This document shows positions 1-9,886 of a stretch of DNA of 64,000 nt, one piece after another. The stretch lies in IMG/VR virus record IMGVR_UViG_3300011008_000007, one strand, 5' to 3'. Position 1 is the stretch's first letter. Every line of letters starts with the position of its first letter. Both the position numbers and the translations under genes were made by a program. The DNA comes from a virus. Lineage: Duplodnaviria; Heunggongvirae; Uroviricota; Caudoviricetes. The notes below the pieces were generated by a model. It searched no databases, had not been told where the DNA came from, and saw only the letters and a program-made list of their open reading frames with translations.

Positions 1-101
1 AGATAATTTAAGATATAACGGACGGTGATTCAATGGCGAGCTTTTTTATAGTAATTATTATTTTGGTTATTGCCGGCGCGGCAAACGTGCTCGGCAAATA
101 G

Positions 102-569
102 ATGGAGGATTCAATGGCGGAAAATTTAGAACAGTTAGTTAGAAATTTACCCTTTAATAAACGCATTAAAATAGGCTATATCTTAACAAATAAAACAAAC
201 AAGGACTTATTTAAGTCACTTAAAATAAACCTTGATTCGTCAATTACAAACCGTTTAAAGACGGATAAATTCACGATAAAGGAAAGAAAAAGTATTGGTA
301 AGGCGCTCGGAGCTAAGTTTAATTGCTCCATAAATTTCAGCGACGGATTTGAAGCCAGGGGCGTCTCTGCGCGAGCTTTAATTGAAGCCGCATTGCAACA
401 TCAAAAAATGACTTTGACCGAACTGAGCGAAAAATTCGGCACATACAAGCAAAATTTTGGGCTGAGGCTCAACAGAGGAAAATTTACAACGTCAGAGCTG
501 CGCGAGCTTGCAAGGCTTATGGGCGGCGAATACGAAGATTACTTTGACCTGGATGGCGTCAAGTTTTAA
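102..569 (+). CDS. hypothetical protein (possible small DNA-binding regulator)
   Basis: ORF track; first + strand ORF; no diagnostic motif beyond a helix-rich C-terminus. Confidence 0.45.
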   Translation: MEDSMAENLEQLVRNLPFNKRIKIGYILTNKTNKDLFKSLKINLDSSITNRLKTDKFTIKERKSIGKALGAKFNCSINFSDGFEARGVSARALIEAALQHQKMTLTELSEKFGTYKQNFGLRLNRGKFTTSELRELARLMGGEYEDYFDLDGVKF

Positions 570-629
570 ATTTGGCGCCTTATTCATACCATTGAAGTAA
601 AGTTTTTTAAAAAATATTTTATAAAATAC

Positions 630-658
630 TTGACAAATCCGTAAAAGTGTGGTATAAT
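630..658 (+). promoter_or_regulatory. sigma-A type promoter (TTGACA-N17-TATAAT)
   Basis: TTGACA at 630-635 and TATAAT at 653-658, 17 nt spacer, upstream A/T-rich tract. Confidence 0.55.
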
Positions 659-690
659 AGTGTCAACAAATCAAGAGAGGGATAAAGTTT

Positions 691-936
691 ATGAAAAACC
701 ATTATAAAATAATTGCTTGGAAATGGAACAAAAAAGAATATGAACCAACTCTTCTTTTGGATTCGCGCTTTAGTGAGGGAGGAATTTCTAAAGAAGAAAT
801 GATGAAATCTTTTAATAAAACAAAACTATCTATGGATATTGCGCGGATTGAGTTAATCGAATATGTGACAGAACAATGTCAAGGAATCGACATTCCTACG
901 GGAGAAGAAGAACTAATTGCCGAAAAAGATTTTTAA
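691..936 (+). CDS. hypothetical protein
   Basis: ORF with AGAGAGGGA Shine-Dalgarno upstream. Confidence 0.5.
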   Translation: MKNHYKIIAWKWNKKEYEPTLLLDSRFSEGGISKEEMMKSFNKTKLSMDIARIELIEYVTEQCQGIDIPTGEEELIAEKDF

Positions 937-940
937 TAAT

Positions 941-992
941 TTATAAACCTATCAAAAAAACTATTGACAAATATATACCGCTGTGTTATAAT
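941..992 (+). promoter_or_regulatory. promoter with conserved A-rich UP-like block ATAAACCTATCAAAAAAACTA + TTGACA(964-969)-N17-TGnTATAAT(987-992)
   Basis: Canonical hexamers with 17 nt spacing and an extended -10; block repeated about 10 times in the window. Confidence 0.6.
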
Positions 993-1030
993 AAGGACAC
1001 AGTAAATCAATTACTAAAGGAGAGTTAAGC

Positions 1031-1522
1031 GTGAGAGATTTACAGGAATATGCAATTAAATGTATGGATATGTTAGATAATATCGGCATCAACTACGGCA
1101 ATATCGTAGAGGTAGTTCCGAACACGAGAGCTAAAAAGCGCTGGGGACAATGTTGTAGAATCCCAGGTGGTTATTCAATCAATATCAATGTTGCTTTATT
1201 GAATGAGCGCAATAAAGAAGAGGGATTAATTAACACAATACTTCACGAACTTATCCATAGTTGCGAGGGCTGTATGAATCACGGCGAAAACTTTAAACGA
1301 ATTGCCGGCAAAATATTCAGAGCTTACGGATATAAAATCACGACCACAAGCTCCGCAGCCGACAAAGGTGTAATTGAAACAACGAGAAATATCGACTATA
1401 AATACGCGGTTCAATGCGGAGCCTGCATGAATATAGTACAGAGAATGAGAATGAGCGACCTTATTAAATATCCCGAATTTTTCCGCTGTAAGTGCGGTGG
1501 GAAGTTTATAAGGATTAGATAA
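1031..1522 (+). CDS. SprT-like zinc metalloprotease
   Basis: HExxH motif (ILHELIHSCEG) followed by a C-terminal Cys cluster (CGAC...CKCGGKF) typical of a SprT zinc ribbon; GTG start with AAGGAGAG SD. Confidence 0.55.
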   Translation: MRDLQEYAIKCMDMLDNIGINYGNIVEVVPNTRAKKRWGQCCRIPGGYSININVALLNERNKEEGLINTILHELIHSCEGCMNHGENFKRIAGKIFRAYGYKITTTSSAADKGVIETTRNIDYKYAVQCGACMNIVQRMRMSDLIKYPEFFRCKCGGKFIRIR

Positions 1523-1557
1523 TAAACCTAACAATAAAACCAAAGGAGAGAAATATA

Positions 1558-2442
1558 ATGTTATTAAATACACAGTTTATTGTAGTAAACGGACATCCGC
1601 AGGTTAAATTTGAGTTCGATAATCTTATGGGATTTTGTAAACCTTGGACTATGAATAAAAGAAGTATCAAAGCAAAAGGCAATATTCTCCAAATACCATA
1701 TGGCTCGTTTTGGGAGTTCGTCGATTGTAACAAAGATATTATCGGAGACGTATTTGAGATGCCTTTATCCAAAGATTCCGTTGATTGTTTCTATGGCTAT
1801 TGCCTTGATTCATATGAAGACAAGTGGGTATATTCCGCGCGACTCACAAAGAACTTTCTTGAAAAGTGGCTTGATTATGATTGCCCGCAACTTGTGAGAT
1901 ATGAGCCAAACAAGGGCAAGTCGGTTAATGCCCTCGGAATGAAAATGCCGGTATTTGAAACTACTCTTTACGAATGGGGCTACGGCGGAGCAGAGGCAGC
2001 CGACGATATTACAAAAGAAGAAATGGAATGCTTTGAAAAATATCTTCCTAACACTTCTTATTGTTATGAGAACATAAAAGAAGCCTATGAGATAGCGAAC
2101 ACAGATTATAACGTAGAGGAAATAAGCGATACGGTTTTGGATTACGAAAGAACAATTCAGAACGATATAAATAAACACAAAACCGAAATAAAGGCTTATA
2201 TGGAAACTCTGCCGGAGCGTCAGCTTGATTGCGGTTTTGCTTGGATTGTAACTTACAACAAAGAAATGCTACATCTGTTAGATGTTCTTAAAACAAAAGA
2301 AGCCAGGAGCTCCAACGATTTAAAAGTTGATTTTCCGACAGATTATTTCAGCACAATAAATTCGAGATTGGGATTCGAGAAATTTCTTGAATTAGAACCG
2401 AAGTATAAGGAAGAACTTTCAATGATAACAAGGTTAGATTAA
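1558..2442 (+). CDS. hypothetical protein
   Basis: ORF with AAAGGAGAG SD. Confidence 0.55.
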   Translation: MLLNTQFIVVNGHPQVKFEFDNLMGFCKPWTMNKRSIKAKGNILQIPYGSFWEFVDCNKDIIGDVFEMPLSKDSVDCFYGYCLDSYEDKWVYSARLTKNFLEKWLDYDCPQLVRYEPNKGKSVNALGMKMPVFETTLYEWGYGGAEAADDITKEEMECFEKYLPNTSYCYENIKEAYEIANTDYNVEEISDTVLDYERTIQNDINKHKTEIKAYMETLPERQLDCGFAWIVTYNKEMLHLLDVLKTKEARSSNDLKVDFPTDYFSTINSRLGFEKFLELEPKYKEELSMITRLD

Positions 2443-2453
2443 AGGTGGTTGCT

Positions 2454-2651
2454 ATGGGAAATATCGCAGTAGAATTAACTGAAAAAGAGAGGCTTACTGT
2501 ATGGGCTGCGTTGGCATACTTCGCAAAAGACTATGAAGTTGCTATGGACGAATATGAAAAAGAACGCGGGCAAGATAATGGCTGGCAGGAAATAAGAAAT
2601 AGGAGAGAATACTTCCAAAATTTAGCCAACAAATTTAAAAAGGAGAATTGA
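2454..2651 (+). CDS. hypothetical protein
   Basis: ATG 5 nt after AAAGGTGG; track ORF starts at GTG 2445. Confidence 0.4.
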   Translation: MGNIAVELTEKERLTVWAALAYFAKDYEVAMDEYEKERGQDNGWQEIRNRREYFQNLANKFKKEN

Positions 2652-2653
2652 TT

Positions 2654-3007
2654 ATGACAAATACAAGAAAACCTAAAATGAGAGTATGGTGGATTCCGCA
2701 AATCGGAATCGAGAAAACATTTTATATTCCCGTTGAGAGCGCCGAGGAAGGACAAAAGATTATAGACCTTTTAGCTGCCTATGATTGCTTTGAATACAAT
2801 CAGAATGTTAAACCGGATTACTGCAATACGGGCGGTTTGGAAGTATTCGACGAAGAGAGCGGCGAGTGGGAAGATTGGTATTACGATGGAGAAACCTGTT
2901 ACTTCGACTCTGACGAACTCGATGAGTATTGCAGGCTCGAATCCGAAAGAGCCACAGAGATTGAGAATTTTAGAAATGCACTTTATGAGCAGGTAGAATT
3001 TAGTTAA
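2654..3007 (+). CDS. hypothetical acidic protein
   Basis: ATG after AAGGAG; track ORF 2648 (TTG). Confidence 0.45.
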   Translation: MTNTRKPKMRVWWIPQIGIEKTFYIPVESAEEGQKIIDLLAAYDCFEYNQNVKPDYCNTGGLEVFDEESGEWEDWYYDGETCYFDSDELDEYCRLESERATEIENFRNALYEQVEFS

Positions 3008-3016
3008 AGGGGTATT

Positions 3017-3475
3017 ATGAATTATATATACACGGGAGTATTTTTTGATAAAGATTCTCTACACGAAATGGTAAATAAGTATTTGAATATATCAATGCTC
3101 GAAAGAGTAATTGAAAATCCGCACGTTACATTTGAGTACAAGCCGGTGAAAGTTGACGAGAGTTTATTTGGATTACCGATAAAGTTTGCTGTCACGGGTT
3201 ACGGCTATGACGGAAAAAACCAGGGTTTGTTAGTGGAACCTATTTTGCTGTGGACGGCACTCGAAGGAACGTTTAAGAAAATCAAAATGCCGCATATTAC
3301 ATTATCGGTAAGCGCAGACGGAAAACCCGTTGACACAGGAAAACTTATTTTTAGAAAAATTAAACACAGATTCTTTATTTGTGGCAGATATGGAGCTTAC
3401 AACGACAACGGAAAAGTTGTTATTAATAATCCGCAGACTAATAAGAAGTATGAATTGCAGATAATGAGTACATAG
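3017..3475 (+). CDS. hypothetical protein
   Basis: ORF with SD. Confidence 0.5.
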   Translation: MNYIYTGVFFDKDSLHEMVNKYLNISMLERVIENPHVTFEYKPVKVDESLFGLPIKFAVTGYGYDGKNQGLLVEPILLWTALEGTFKKIKMPHITLSVSADGKPVDTGKLIFRKIKHRFFICGRYGAYNDNGKVVINNPQTNKKYELQIMST

Positions 3476-3484
3476 GAGGAGAAT

Positions 3485-4024
3485 ATGGTTAGAGAAATTA
3501 TCACAAAAAACGATGCGGCTCACGAGTGGGTGAGAGAGTTTGATGCTGTTCGTCAGGAAATGATTTCCAAACTTATGGGATATGAACCGGACGATTGGCA
3601 GGAAGTAACTATGCCAAAGATTTGTGACCGAATATATTGCTATGAGGAAGAGGAACGCGGAGAAATTACCGGCATTGACGAAAACGAAGACGGCGATATT
3701 ATTTATGAAATCGAACTCGATAATGGAAAAATTGTCAACTATCCAGCGGACGATTTTGAAGTTGAATACGACGATTATCTTCCTATGTGGGGTACGATGT
3801 GGCAATTCCACGATAGCTGCGATAATTGGTGGTTCGAAGAAGACGGCGGCTTGAAAATTATGTCAGAGTGCGGCTTTAGAATATTTTACTCAGACGAGTT
3901 TGGATATTGGTTTGGCATTGACGGCGCCGGCTATGACTTCTATGAAGCACATTGGATTCCGCTTTATGAAAAGCGCGGATTAAAGTGGCACGACGAAAAC
4001 GAAGATGGAGATGGCAAAGAATAA
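3485..4024 (+). CDS. hypothetical acidic protein
   Basis: ORF with AGGAGGAG SD; D/E-rich. Confidence 0.5.
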   Translation: MVREIITKNDAAHEWVREFDAVRQEMISKLMGYEPDDWQEVTMPKICDRIYCYEEEERGEITGIDENEDGDIIYEIELDNGKIVNYPADDFEVEYDDYLPMWGTMWQFHDSCDNWWFEEDGGLKIMSECGFRIFYSDEFGYWFGIDGAGYDFYEAHWIPLYEKRGLKWHDENEDGDGKE

Positions 4025-4290
4025 TGTGGGAGTTAGATTACGTCAAACCGTCAACAACAGAAAATATCCGATATATAAAAAAGATTATTGTTTTGGATAG
4101 GGTTGTTTGGTTATATCGAGTAGATAATATCATCTATGATAATACTTTCACCAAACCGATAATGCACCAGAAATTTGAAACCGTAGAAGCTGCAAAAAAT
4201 TATTTACAGGGAATGATTGCCCTTGCATATAAGCTCGGCGAAAAAGTTGATGAATATGAGGTTGACAGAAAGCATATTAAGGAGGATTAA
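4024..4290 (+). CDS. hypothetical protein
   Basis: In-frame ATG at 4024 chosen over track start 3985 to avoid overlap. Confidence 0.4.
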   Translation: MWELDYVKPSTTENIRYIKKIIVLDRVVWLYRVDNIIYDNTFTKPIMHQKFETVEAAKNYLQGMIALAYKLGEKVDEYEVDRKHIKED

Positions 4291-4628
4291 TGCCCTATAA
4301 AGCGGAAAAAATAAAACTAAGTCGAGAACAAGACCGGCGCGTTAAGCTCACAGACGAACAGAGAGAAGAGATTAAACACAAATATTCAACAGGCTTGTAT
4401 TCTCAGCGAGCTTTAGCAAGGGAATACAATGTATCACGAAGATTAATAACATTTATTATTGACGACAATAAATACAAGCGAGCTAAAGAACAGTTCAAAG
4501 AGCGGCGAAAAGACGGCAGATATAAAGAAACCAAAGAAAAACACGCCGCAATTATGAGAGAACACAGACAATATAAGCACACACTATATAAAAGAGGTGA
4601 GCTTGTGGATGATGGTGAGGATAAATGA
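4290..4628 (+). CDS. hypothetical basic protein
   Basis: ORF with AAGGAGGA SD; K/R-rich. Confidence 0.45.
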   Translation: MPYKAEKIKLSREQDRRVKLTDEQREEIKHKYSTGLYSQRALAREYNVSRRLITFIIDDNKYKRAKEQFKERRKDGRYKETKEKHAAIMREHRQYKHTLYKRGELVDDGEDK

Positions 4629-5035
4629 AAGATAGAATGCACAAACTTATGGAAATTATCGGAGACACAAAGATAATGTTAATGCGTTCGGAGTTGGAAA
4701 CCTGCTTTAATTTCTATAGTAAGTTTACGCCGACAGAGGTAGAAATTATCTACTTTATTTCCTTGAACGATGGAATGACGTTTAAAGGTAGCTATGTGGA
4801 TTTAAGCGACGCACTTGGGCGCGGCAGAGGAACGGGAGCATCTACCTTATCAAATGTGCGCAAAGCTGTTCTTAAATTGGCTCAAAAAGGATTTATTATC
4901 TTGGATATAAAACAAATCAATAAGGTTCAAAAGGTTCAATCTATGGCTATTTCTGAGGACTTTATGAACATATTAAACGCTGAGGTTATCAGCGTGGAAA
5001 ATTTCAAACACAAAAACAAATTTAAAAATAATTAA
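4625..5035 (+). CDS. hypothetical protein
   Basis: ORF, translationally coupled. Confidence 0.45.
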   Translation: MKDRMHKLMEIIGDTKIMLMRSELETCFNFYSKFTPTEVEIIYFISLNDGMTFKGSYVDLSDALGRGRGTGASTLSNVRKAVLKLAQKGFIILDIKQINKVQKVQSMAISEDFMNILNAEVISVENFKHKNKFKNN

Positions 5036-5048
5036 AAGGAGATTAAAG

Positions 5049-5657
5049 ATGGGAACAAGAAATTTAACAATGGTTGTAATTGACGGAGAATATAAGGTTG
5101 CACAGTACGGACAATGGGATGGTTATCCTGAAGGACAGGGTAAGACCTGCTTGAACTTCCTGCATAAGCTGATGGAAAATTCTATGCTTGACGAATTTGC
5201 CGGCAAGGTTCGCAAGTTACGCGAATATACCAAAGAGGATATTGAATCTATCAACAAAAGAATTGATAGCGGCGAAATCGACAATTGGCAAAAGAAATAT
5301 CCTGCATTAACCAGAGATACAGGCGCCGAGATTTTGGATTTTATCCTCGATTCTCCCGATGGCGAAAAGGTTTATATCGACTTGAACTTTGCGGCGGATA
5401 GTCTTTTCTGTGAATGGGCTTGGCTTATCGACCTGGATAAAAAGACCTTTGAGGCTTACAGAGGATTCAACCACAAGCCTTTAACGGAAGAAGATAGATT
5501 TTACTTCCTTGTAAATAATGAAGCGGATTCAAGAGATTATCTAAGCGGCGAGCCTTATCACGCAATCGTAAAAATTGCAGAATGGGATTTGGAAAATCTG
5601 CCGACCGAGGAAGAGTTTTTAAATGCCAACGCCTTTAATGAGGATGAAGAGGACTAA
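5049..5657 (+). CDS. hypothetical protein
   Basis: ORF with AAAGGAG SD. Confidence 0.5.
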   Translation: MGTRNLTMVVIDGEYKVAQYGQWDGYPEGQGKTCLNFLHKLMENSMLDEFAGKVRKLREYTKEDIESINKRIDSGEIDNWQKKYPALTRDTGAEILDFILDSPDGEKVYIDLNFAADSLFCEWAWLIDLDKKTFEAYRGFNHKPLTEEDRFYFLVNNEADSRDYLSGEPYHAIVKIAEWDLENLPTEEEFLNANAFNEDEED

Positions 5658-5659
5658 TT

Positions 5660-6058
5660 ATGGACAGAAATACAGAAGATTTTATTCGCGCGATAAAACA
5701 TAGCTCAGGAGAATACAAGGAAGGCGCTATTCAATTTATGATGGAATATACAGCATCTCCGCGCGAATCATACACTACGGGAAATTTGTTTTCGGTAGTT
5801 AAAGATTATTTTCTTGATTATATCAAGACCGGAGATGCCGCCGAGGCAATGTACTATTTCTTTGAACACAAAAGGCGAGCCATTGCCACGATGGTTATGT
5901 ATCGTCCCAACTACAAAAATTGGAACGCTTGGACGGTAGAAAGCTATTGTGCGGAACTTGACACAGAATGTATGTTGTCTGCATTGGCTTTAACAACAGT
6001 TATGAAAGACGGAAAATATGTAAACGGATTTACAGATGTAAATAAAAGGGGAATTTGA
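5660..6058 (+). CDS. hypothetical protein
   Basis: ORF. Confidence 0.45.
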   Translation: MDRNTEDFIRAIKHSSGEYKEGAIQFMMEYTASPRESYTTGNLFSVVKDYFLDYIKTGDAAEAMYYFFEHKRRAIATMVMYRPNYKNWNAWTVESYCAELDTECMLSALALTTVMKDGKYVNGFTDVNKRGI

Positions 6059-6390
6059 TTGTGAGAAATAAAGATACACTTAACAAAGCGCCGGCACTAA
6101 AGATTATTAATCGCGGATTAACGAAAGGAATAAAAGAAGAATCGTGGGATTATGTCTATCTTATTGGGGACGGAGAAAAAGCTAAAGCAATCTTTACAGA
6201 TGGCGTTGTTCTTGTTGTTACTGAGTCGGAATGTTTGCCCACAATAGATGAAACCCTTATTAAAGACTCAAAGGATGCAGACTTTAATACTCAGGATTAT
6301 TGTCGAAAGTTTGTTGAATGGGCAAAGGGGTTGCCGAATAAAACATATGAGATAACCATCCCATCTAAGGAGTATATACACTATGAATAA
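6055..6390 (+). CDS. hypothetical protein
   Basis: ORF with TTG/GTG start; start uncertain. Confidence 0.4.
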   Translation: MIVRNKDTLNKAPALKIINRGLTKGIKEESWDYVYLIGDGEKAKAIFTDGVVLVVTESECLPTIDETLIKDSKDADFNTQDYCRKFVEWAKGLPNKTYEITIPSKEYIHYE

Positions 6391-6856
6391 TACAAAACTG
6401 TCAATTTTTGGCAGAGAATCTGCAATTAGATTCTGCCAAAAGAAACACGACTACGAAACTGTTATTATCTCAATATCAACTCCCGATGTGGATTACGAAG
6501 AATCTCCGTTTATTAGCGACGAAAACAAAGTAACGGAAATTTTGGGATTATCTTTCTGCGACGCAGATTATCCAAATACAAAAGACGTTTACGGAAAAAT
6601 AACTTCCGAATCGGAGCTTATGAACGACGAGGACGCCGACAGGGTTGTTAAGTTTACGGAAAAACATATTGGAAAACATATTATAGTACATTGCGACGCG
6701 GGAATATCTCGCTCATCCGGCGTGGCAGCGGCAATTTTAAAACACTACAACGGTGACGATAGCGCCGTGTTTGATAGCCGATGGTATGCTCCGAATCGCT
6801 GGTGTTACAGGAAAGTTTTAGAAGCATTTGAAAGGTTGAGTGATAATGAAACCTAA
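6383..6856 (+). CDS. protein-tyrosine/dual-specificity phosphatase-like protein
   Basis: CX5R active-site signature HCDAGISRSSG (P-loop of the Cys-based phosphatase family). Confidence 0.6.
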   Translation: MNNTKLSIFGRESAIRFCQKKHDYETVIISISTPDVDYEESPFISDENKVTEILGLSFCDADYPNTKDVYGKITSESELMNDEDADRVVKFTEKHIGKHIIVHCDAGISRSSGVAAAILKHYNGDDSAVFDSRWYAPNRWCYRKVLEAFERLSDNET

Positions 6857-7115
6857 AATAGAGTTTATGGCAGGATATTATGAATACCTGCTCTATGTAA
6901 ATGATGAGCTTATATATGCTTGGGGCGGTGATATTCGTGACGACTGGTATGAATCTTATGAACCCGATATAGAGGCGGAAAATATGATTTATTGCGCCAT
7001 AGAGGATATTAAAGAGTCGGATAAATCCTTAGTGAAAGTAAACATCATTGAAGAGAATAAGCCCGCAATACAAGAGATAATTAAGAATTATATAAAACGA
7101 GAACTATTGATATAG
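6846..7115 (+). CDS. hypothetical protein
   Basis: ORF; ATG 6846 in frame of track ORF 6840. Confidence 0.4.
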   Translation: MKPKIEFMAGYYEYLLYVNDELIYAWGGDIRDDWYESYEPDIEAENMIYCAIEDIKESDKSLVKVNIIEENKPAIQEIIKNYIKRELLI

Positions 7116-7126
7116 GAGAAATAACT

Positions 7127-7318
7127 ATGGGAGAACTCTATAAGTATGGTATGAGATTGCGCGGAGTGGCGCCAGGTTGTCAGCCTAAAGGATTGATTCG
7201 CTGTGAAGAGGACAGAGTTGGAAATTATCACAACATCATTACCTATGACAGAGAATTGACCGAACAGGAACTTTACGATTATGAATTGGATTATTTAGGA
7301 GAACCAATCAATGAGTAA
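7127..7318 (+). CDS. hypothetical protein
   Basis: ORF with SD. Confidence 0.4.
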   Translation: MGELYKYGMRLRGVAPGCQPKGLIRCEEDRVGNYHNIITYDRELTEQELYDYELDYLGEPINE

Positions 7319-7553
7319 ACATACACCTTTGGAAAAATTGAACAACTCTATAACAAAAATCCTTGATGAAGGTAAAATTCCTAAAGGATTAACTCAGTAT
7401 AATGCCCATCAGCTCATTTATTCTTATAATTGTATAACAGAAAACGGTAGTGTTTCGTTATTTGACGAAACCGTTAAGAATTATTTGGAAAAATTGGGCT
7501 TTAAGTCTGAGGCAGAGGGAATCGGTTGGAAAATTTGGTCGGAAGGAGAATGA
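7311..7553 (+). CDS. hypothetical protein
   Basis: ORF with SD. Confidence 0.4.
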   Translation: MSKHTPLEKLNNSITKILDEGKIPKGLTQYNAHQLIYSYNCITENGSVSLFDETVKNYLEKLGFKSEAEGIGWKIWSEGE

Positions 7554-7554
7554 A

Positions 7555-7722
7555 ATGATTGTGGAACTTGAAGAAGCCATAGAACATTGCTGGGAAGTGG
7601 CAGTTGGTAGAGGGGATTATGAATGTGCCTGCGCTGAATGCAAAGCTGACCATATGCAACTTATGAATTGGCTAAAAGAATTACAAGAATATAGAAAACG
7701 ATTTGGAAAAATTAAGTGGTAG
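7555..7722 (+). CDS. hypothetical small Cys-containing protein
   Basis: ATG 7555 after GGAAGGAG; track ORF 7450 overlaps the upstream gene. Confidence 0.35.
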   Translation: MIVELEEAIEHCWEVAVGRGDYECACAECKADHMQLMNWLKELQEYRKRFGKIKW

Positions 7723-7731
7723 GAGGCAACA

Positions 7732-8145
7732 ATGAAAAGTCTTAAACAATTAGTAGAATCAATGGGGGCGTGGGGTTATAGTGATAAAGATATAATTGCC
7801 GCATACTTTGAACAAGATGGATTGACTGGAGCGGTTGATATTTTAGTTGGGCTATTAAAAAACTCCATTGAAGAACTGGAAATGTTTAAGGAAACACAGC
7901 TTATGTGGCAGACAATGCCCTACGATTATTATTATAGATTATATCCAAAGGCAATAGCTCCAAAGCTCGACGCATTAACAAGAAAAAATATTTGTAAATT
8001 GCCCTTGTCTTCCGAAGATATTAAGTGGGCAAAAGAGAATATTCCTAAGTATTGCGTACACACAGCTATGTTTCAACCTTTGTTAGATGCATTTCACAAA
8101 GAGGGTATATATTTTAAAAACGAGAATCCGAATGATGATATATGA
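7732..8145 (+). CDS. hypothetical protein
   Basis: ORF with AGGAGG SD. Confidence 0.45.
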   Translation: MKSLKQLVESMGAWGYSDKDIIAAYFEQDGLTGAVDILVGLLKNSIEELEMFKETQLMWQTMPYDYYYRLYPKAIAPKLDALTRKNICKLPLSSEDIKWAKENIPKYCVHTAMFQPLLDAFHKEGIYFKNENPNDDI

Positions 8146-8339
8146 AAATTATCTATTATGGAAAAAACGACGGTGTTCAGCAATTTCAAGTTCATTGTGA
8201 TGGAAAATATTATGAATGTAGCTTATCCCGAACGCCGCAAGGATTGTTTGCAACTATGTTTGACGTTATCGGACATAAGATTGTGCCAGACGCAGATGTA
8301 GTTTTACAAGTCGCACGACTGTGCGTAAAAATGTTATAA
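8142..8339 (+). CDS. hypothetical protein
   Basis: ORF, coupled. Confidence 0.4.
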   Translation: MKIIYYGKNDGVQQFQVHCDGKYYECSLSRTPQGLFATMFDVIGHKIVPDADVVLQVARLCVKML

Positions 8340-8351
8340 AGGAATGACGAA

Positions 8352-9026
8352 ATGAAAGAACAGATAATATCTTCTAATTTAGAAGACGGAGAACTTGACT
8401 TAATCAATCAGTATTCAAGAAAACCTTTGACCGAGGATGAAGTATATGTTTTCTCTATGGTTTTGTGCGATAATGAAATAGATAAAGATTATGAAGTTTT
8501 TACAGCAGAATCGCTTGAACAACTCGGAAGATTACTTCTTGGAAAAACAGGATTCCTTGATAGTTCGGGCAGCATTAGTCAAACTGCGCGCATTATTAGT
8601 TGTACCATTGAGAGTATAGAAGATAAAAAAACACGCAGCGGAGAAGATTATATTAGGCTTTCTGCGCGAGCTTATATGCCCAAAACAACTTATAATAAAG
8701 AACTCAGAGACACAATCGACAATGGTGACATTAAAGAGGTTAGCGTGGGATGTGCGGTTGAGAAAACTATTTGTAGTATATGCGGCAAAGATATTAATTC
8801 GTCAAAGTGTTTACACATAAAAGGAAATACATATAACGATAAACTTTGTTATGGCAAACTTATAAATCCTACGGATGCCTATGAGTTTGCTTTTGTGCCG
8901 CAAGTTGAAACTATGCGAAAATTGGATGATATAAACGAAAGCACCAAAGATGCCGAAGAATTTAAAATGGTAACTATGGCAGAGGTAGAGGAAAAATTTG
9001 GCTGCAAGGTAGCCATAATTGATTAG
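8352..9026 (+). CDS. hypothetical protein (Cys cluster CSICGK...CLH)
   Basis: ORF with SD. Confidence 0.5.
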   Translation: MKEQIISSNLEDGELDLINQYSRKPLTEDEVYVFSMVLCDNEIDKDYEVFTAESLEQLGRLLLGKTGFLDSSGSISQTARIISCTIESIEDKKTRSGEDYIRLSARAYMPKTTYNKELRDTIDNGDIKEVSVGCAVEKTICSICGKDINSSKCLHIKGNTYNDKLCYGKLINPTDAYEFAFVPQVETMRKLDDINESTKDAEEFKMVTMAEVEEKFGCKVAIID

Positions 9027-9035
9027 GAGGAACAA

Positions 9036-9515
9036 TTGAGAGATAGGAATAATAGTACGCTTGGTTTGGTTGGATTTTTAAGAGGGAAAGGTAGCATTGG
9101 ATATATTGAAAATGCTATGACCGGAGCACTGCTTACATTAAGTAAGCCACAGTTAGAAGAATTAAAGTATAAGTATAGTTATGTGGGATTCTTATGCAAC
9201 GGTGAACTAACAGGTAATAGGATAGGAAATCAATTCTTTTATATGGAACACGGAACAAAATGTAATACCGAACTTCTTATGGATAAATTGAAAAAGGTGC
9301 TATTTAAAAAAGAGGGAGTATTCTACTACGATTTTGAAGTCAACAAATATCGTATGTACCCGATTATTTTTGAGTATGGTTCTTCTCTGTATTCTGTTAA
9401 AATGTTTAGCGAAACAGACCCCGACCATTCAAACACAGTATATATAATACATAAGCTTACATCCAGCGAAATTGAAAGAATCGAAGAAGAAAAAAAGGAG
9501 ACAGTATGCCAGTAA
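9036..9515 (+). CDS. hypothetical protein
   Basis: ORF; TTG start after AGGAGG. Confidence 0.4.
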   Translation: MRDRNNSTLGLVGFLRGKGSIGYIENAMTGALLTLSKPQLEELKYKYSYVGFLCNGELTGNRIGNQFFYMEHGTKCNTELLMDKLKKVLFKKEGVFYYDFEVNKYRMYPIIFEYGSSLYSVKMFSETDPDHSNTVYIIHKLTSSEIERIEEEKKETVCQ

Positions 9516-9712
9516 CATTTGAGGTAGTTAAGGAAAAGGGCGGACGTTGGTATGTGTGCAAGGCAAATAGTAATCAGCCTATTGCCGGCACATTTAGAAA
9601 AGATAAAAAGGATTGCTTCCATATCGCCGCAGACCTTATGGGTATTACATATAAAGAGTATCTTAAACTACGCAAAAATAATAAACAGAGCAAAAAAAGT
9701 ATTGACAATTAG
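9506..9712 (+). CDS. hypothetical protein
   Basis: ORF with AAAGGAG SD. Confidence 0.4.
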   Translation: MPVTFEVVKEKGGRWYVCKANSNQPIAGTFRKDKKDCFHIAADLMGITYKEYLKLRKNNKQSKKSIDN

Positions 9713-9730
9713 TATAAATTGTGCTATAAT
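9702..9730 (+). promoter_or_regulatory. sigma-A type promoter TTGACA-N17-TGcTATAAT
   Basis: Hexamers at 9702-9707 and 9725-9730. Confidence 0.55.
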
Positions 9731-9737
9731 TTAGTAA

Positions 9738-9860
9738 ATGATTTACTAATGCGGTGGCGGAATAGGTAGACGCAGTACACAAATGGCAATAACGTGGCGG
9801 GTTGAACAAACGCCTGTTCAATATCGGATGACCGCTCCCTTGTGAGGTGCAAATCCTCAC
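9738..9860 (+). ncRNA. candidate tRNA-like small RNA (about 120 nt)
   Basis: Starts about 8 nt after the -10. GCGGTGG...CACCCGC acceptor-like pairing, D-arm-like GCGGAATAGGTAGACGC, T-arm-like TGAGG-TGCAAAT-CCTCA. The central region holds an extra hairpin (TTGAACA/TGTTCAA), so about 70 nt lie between the D and T arms. Confidence 0.25.
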
Positions 9861-9886
9861 CCGCATTATGAGAAATAGGTGATTCT

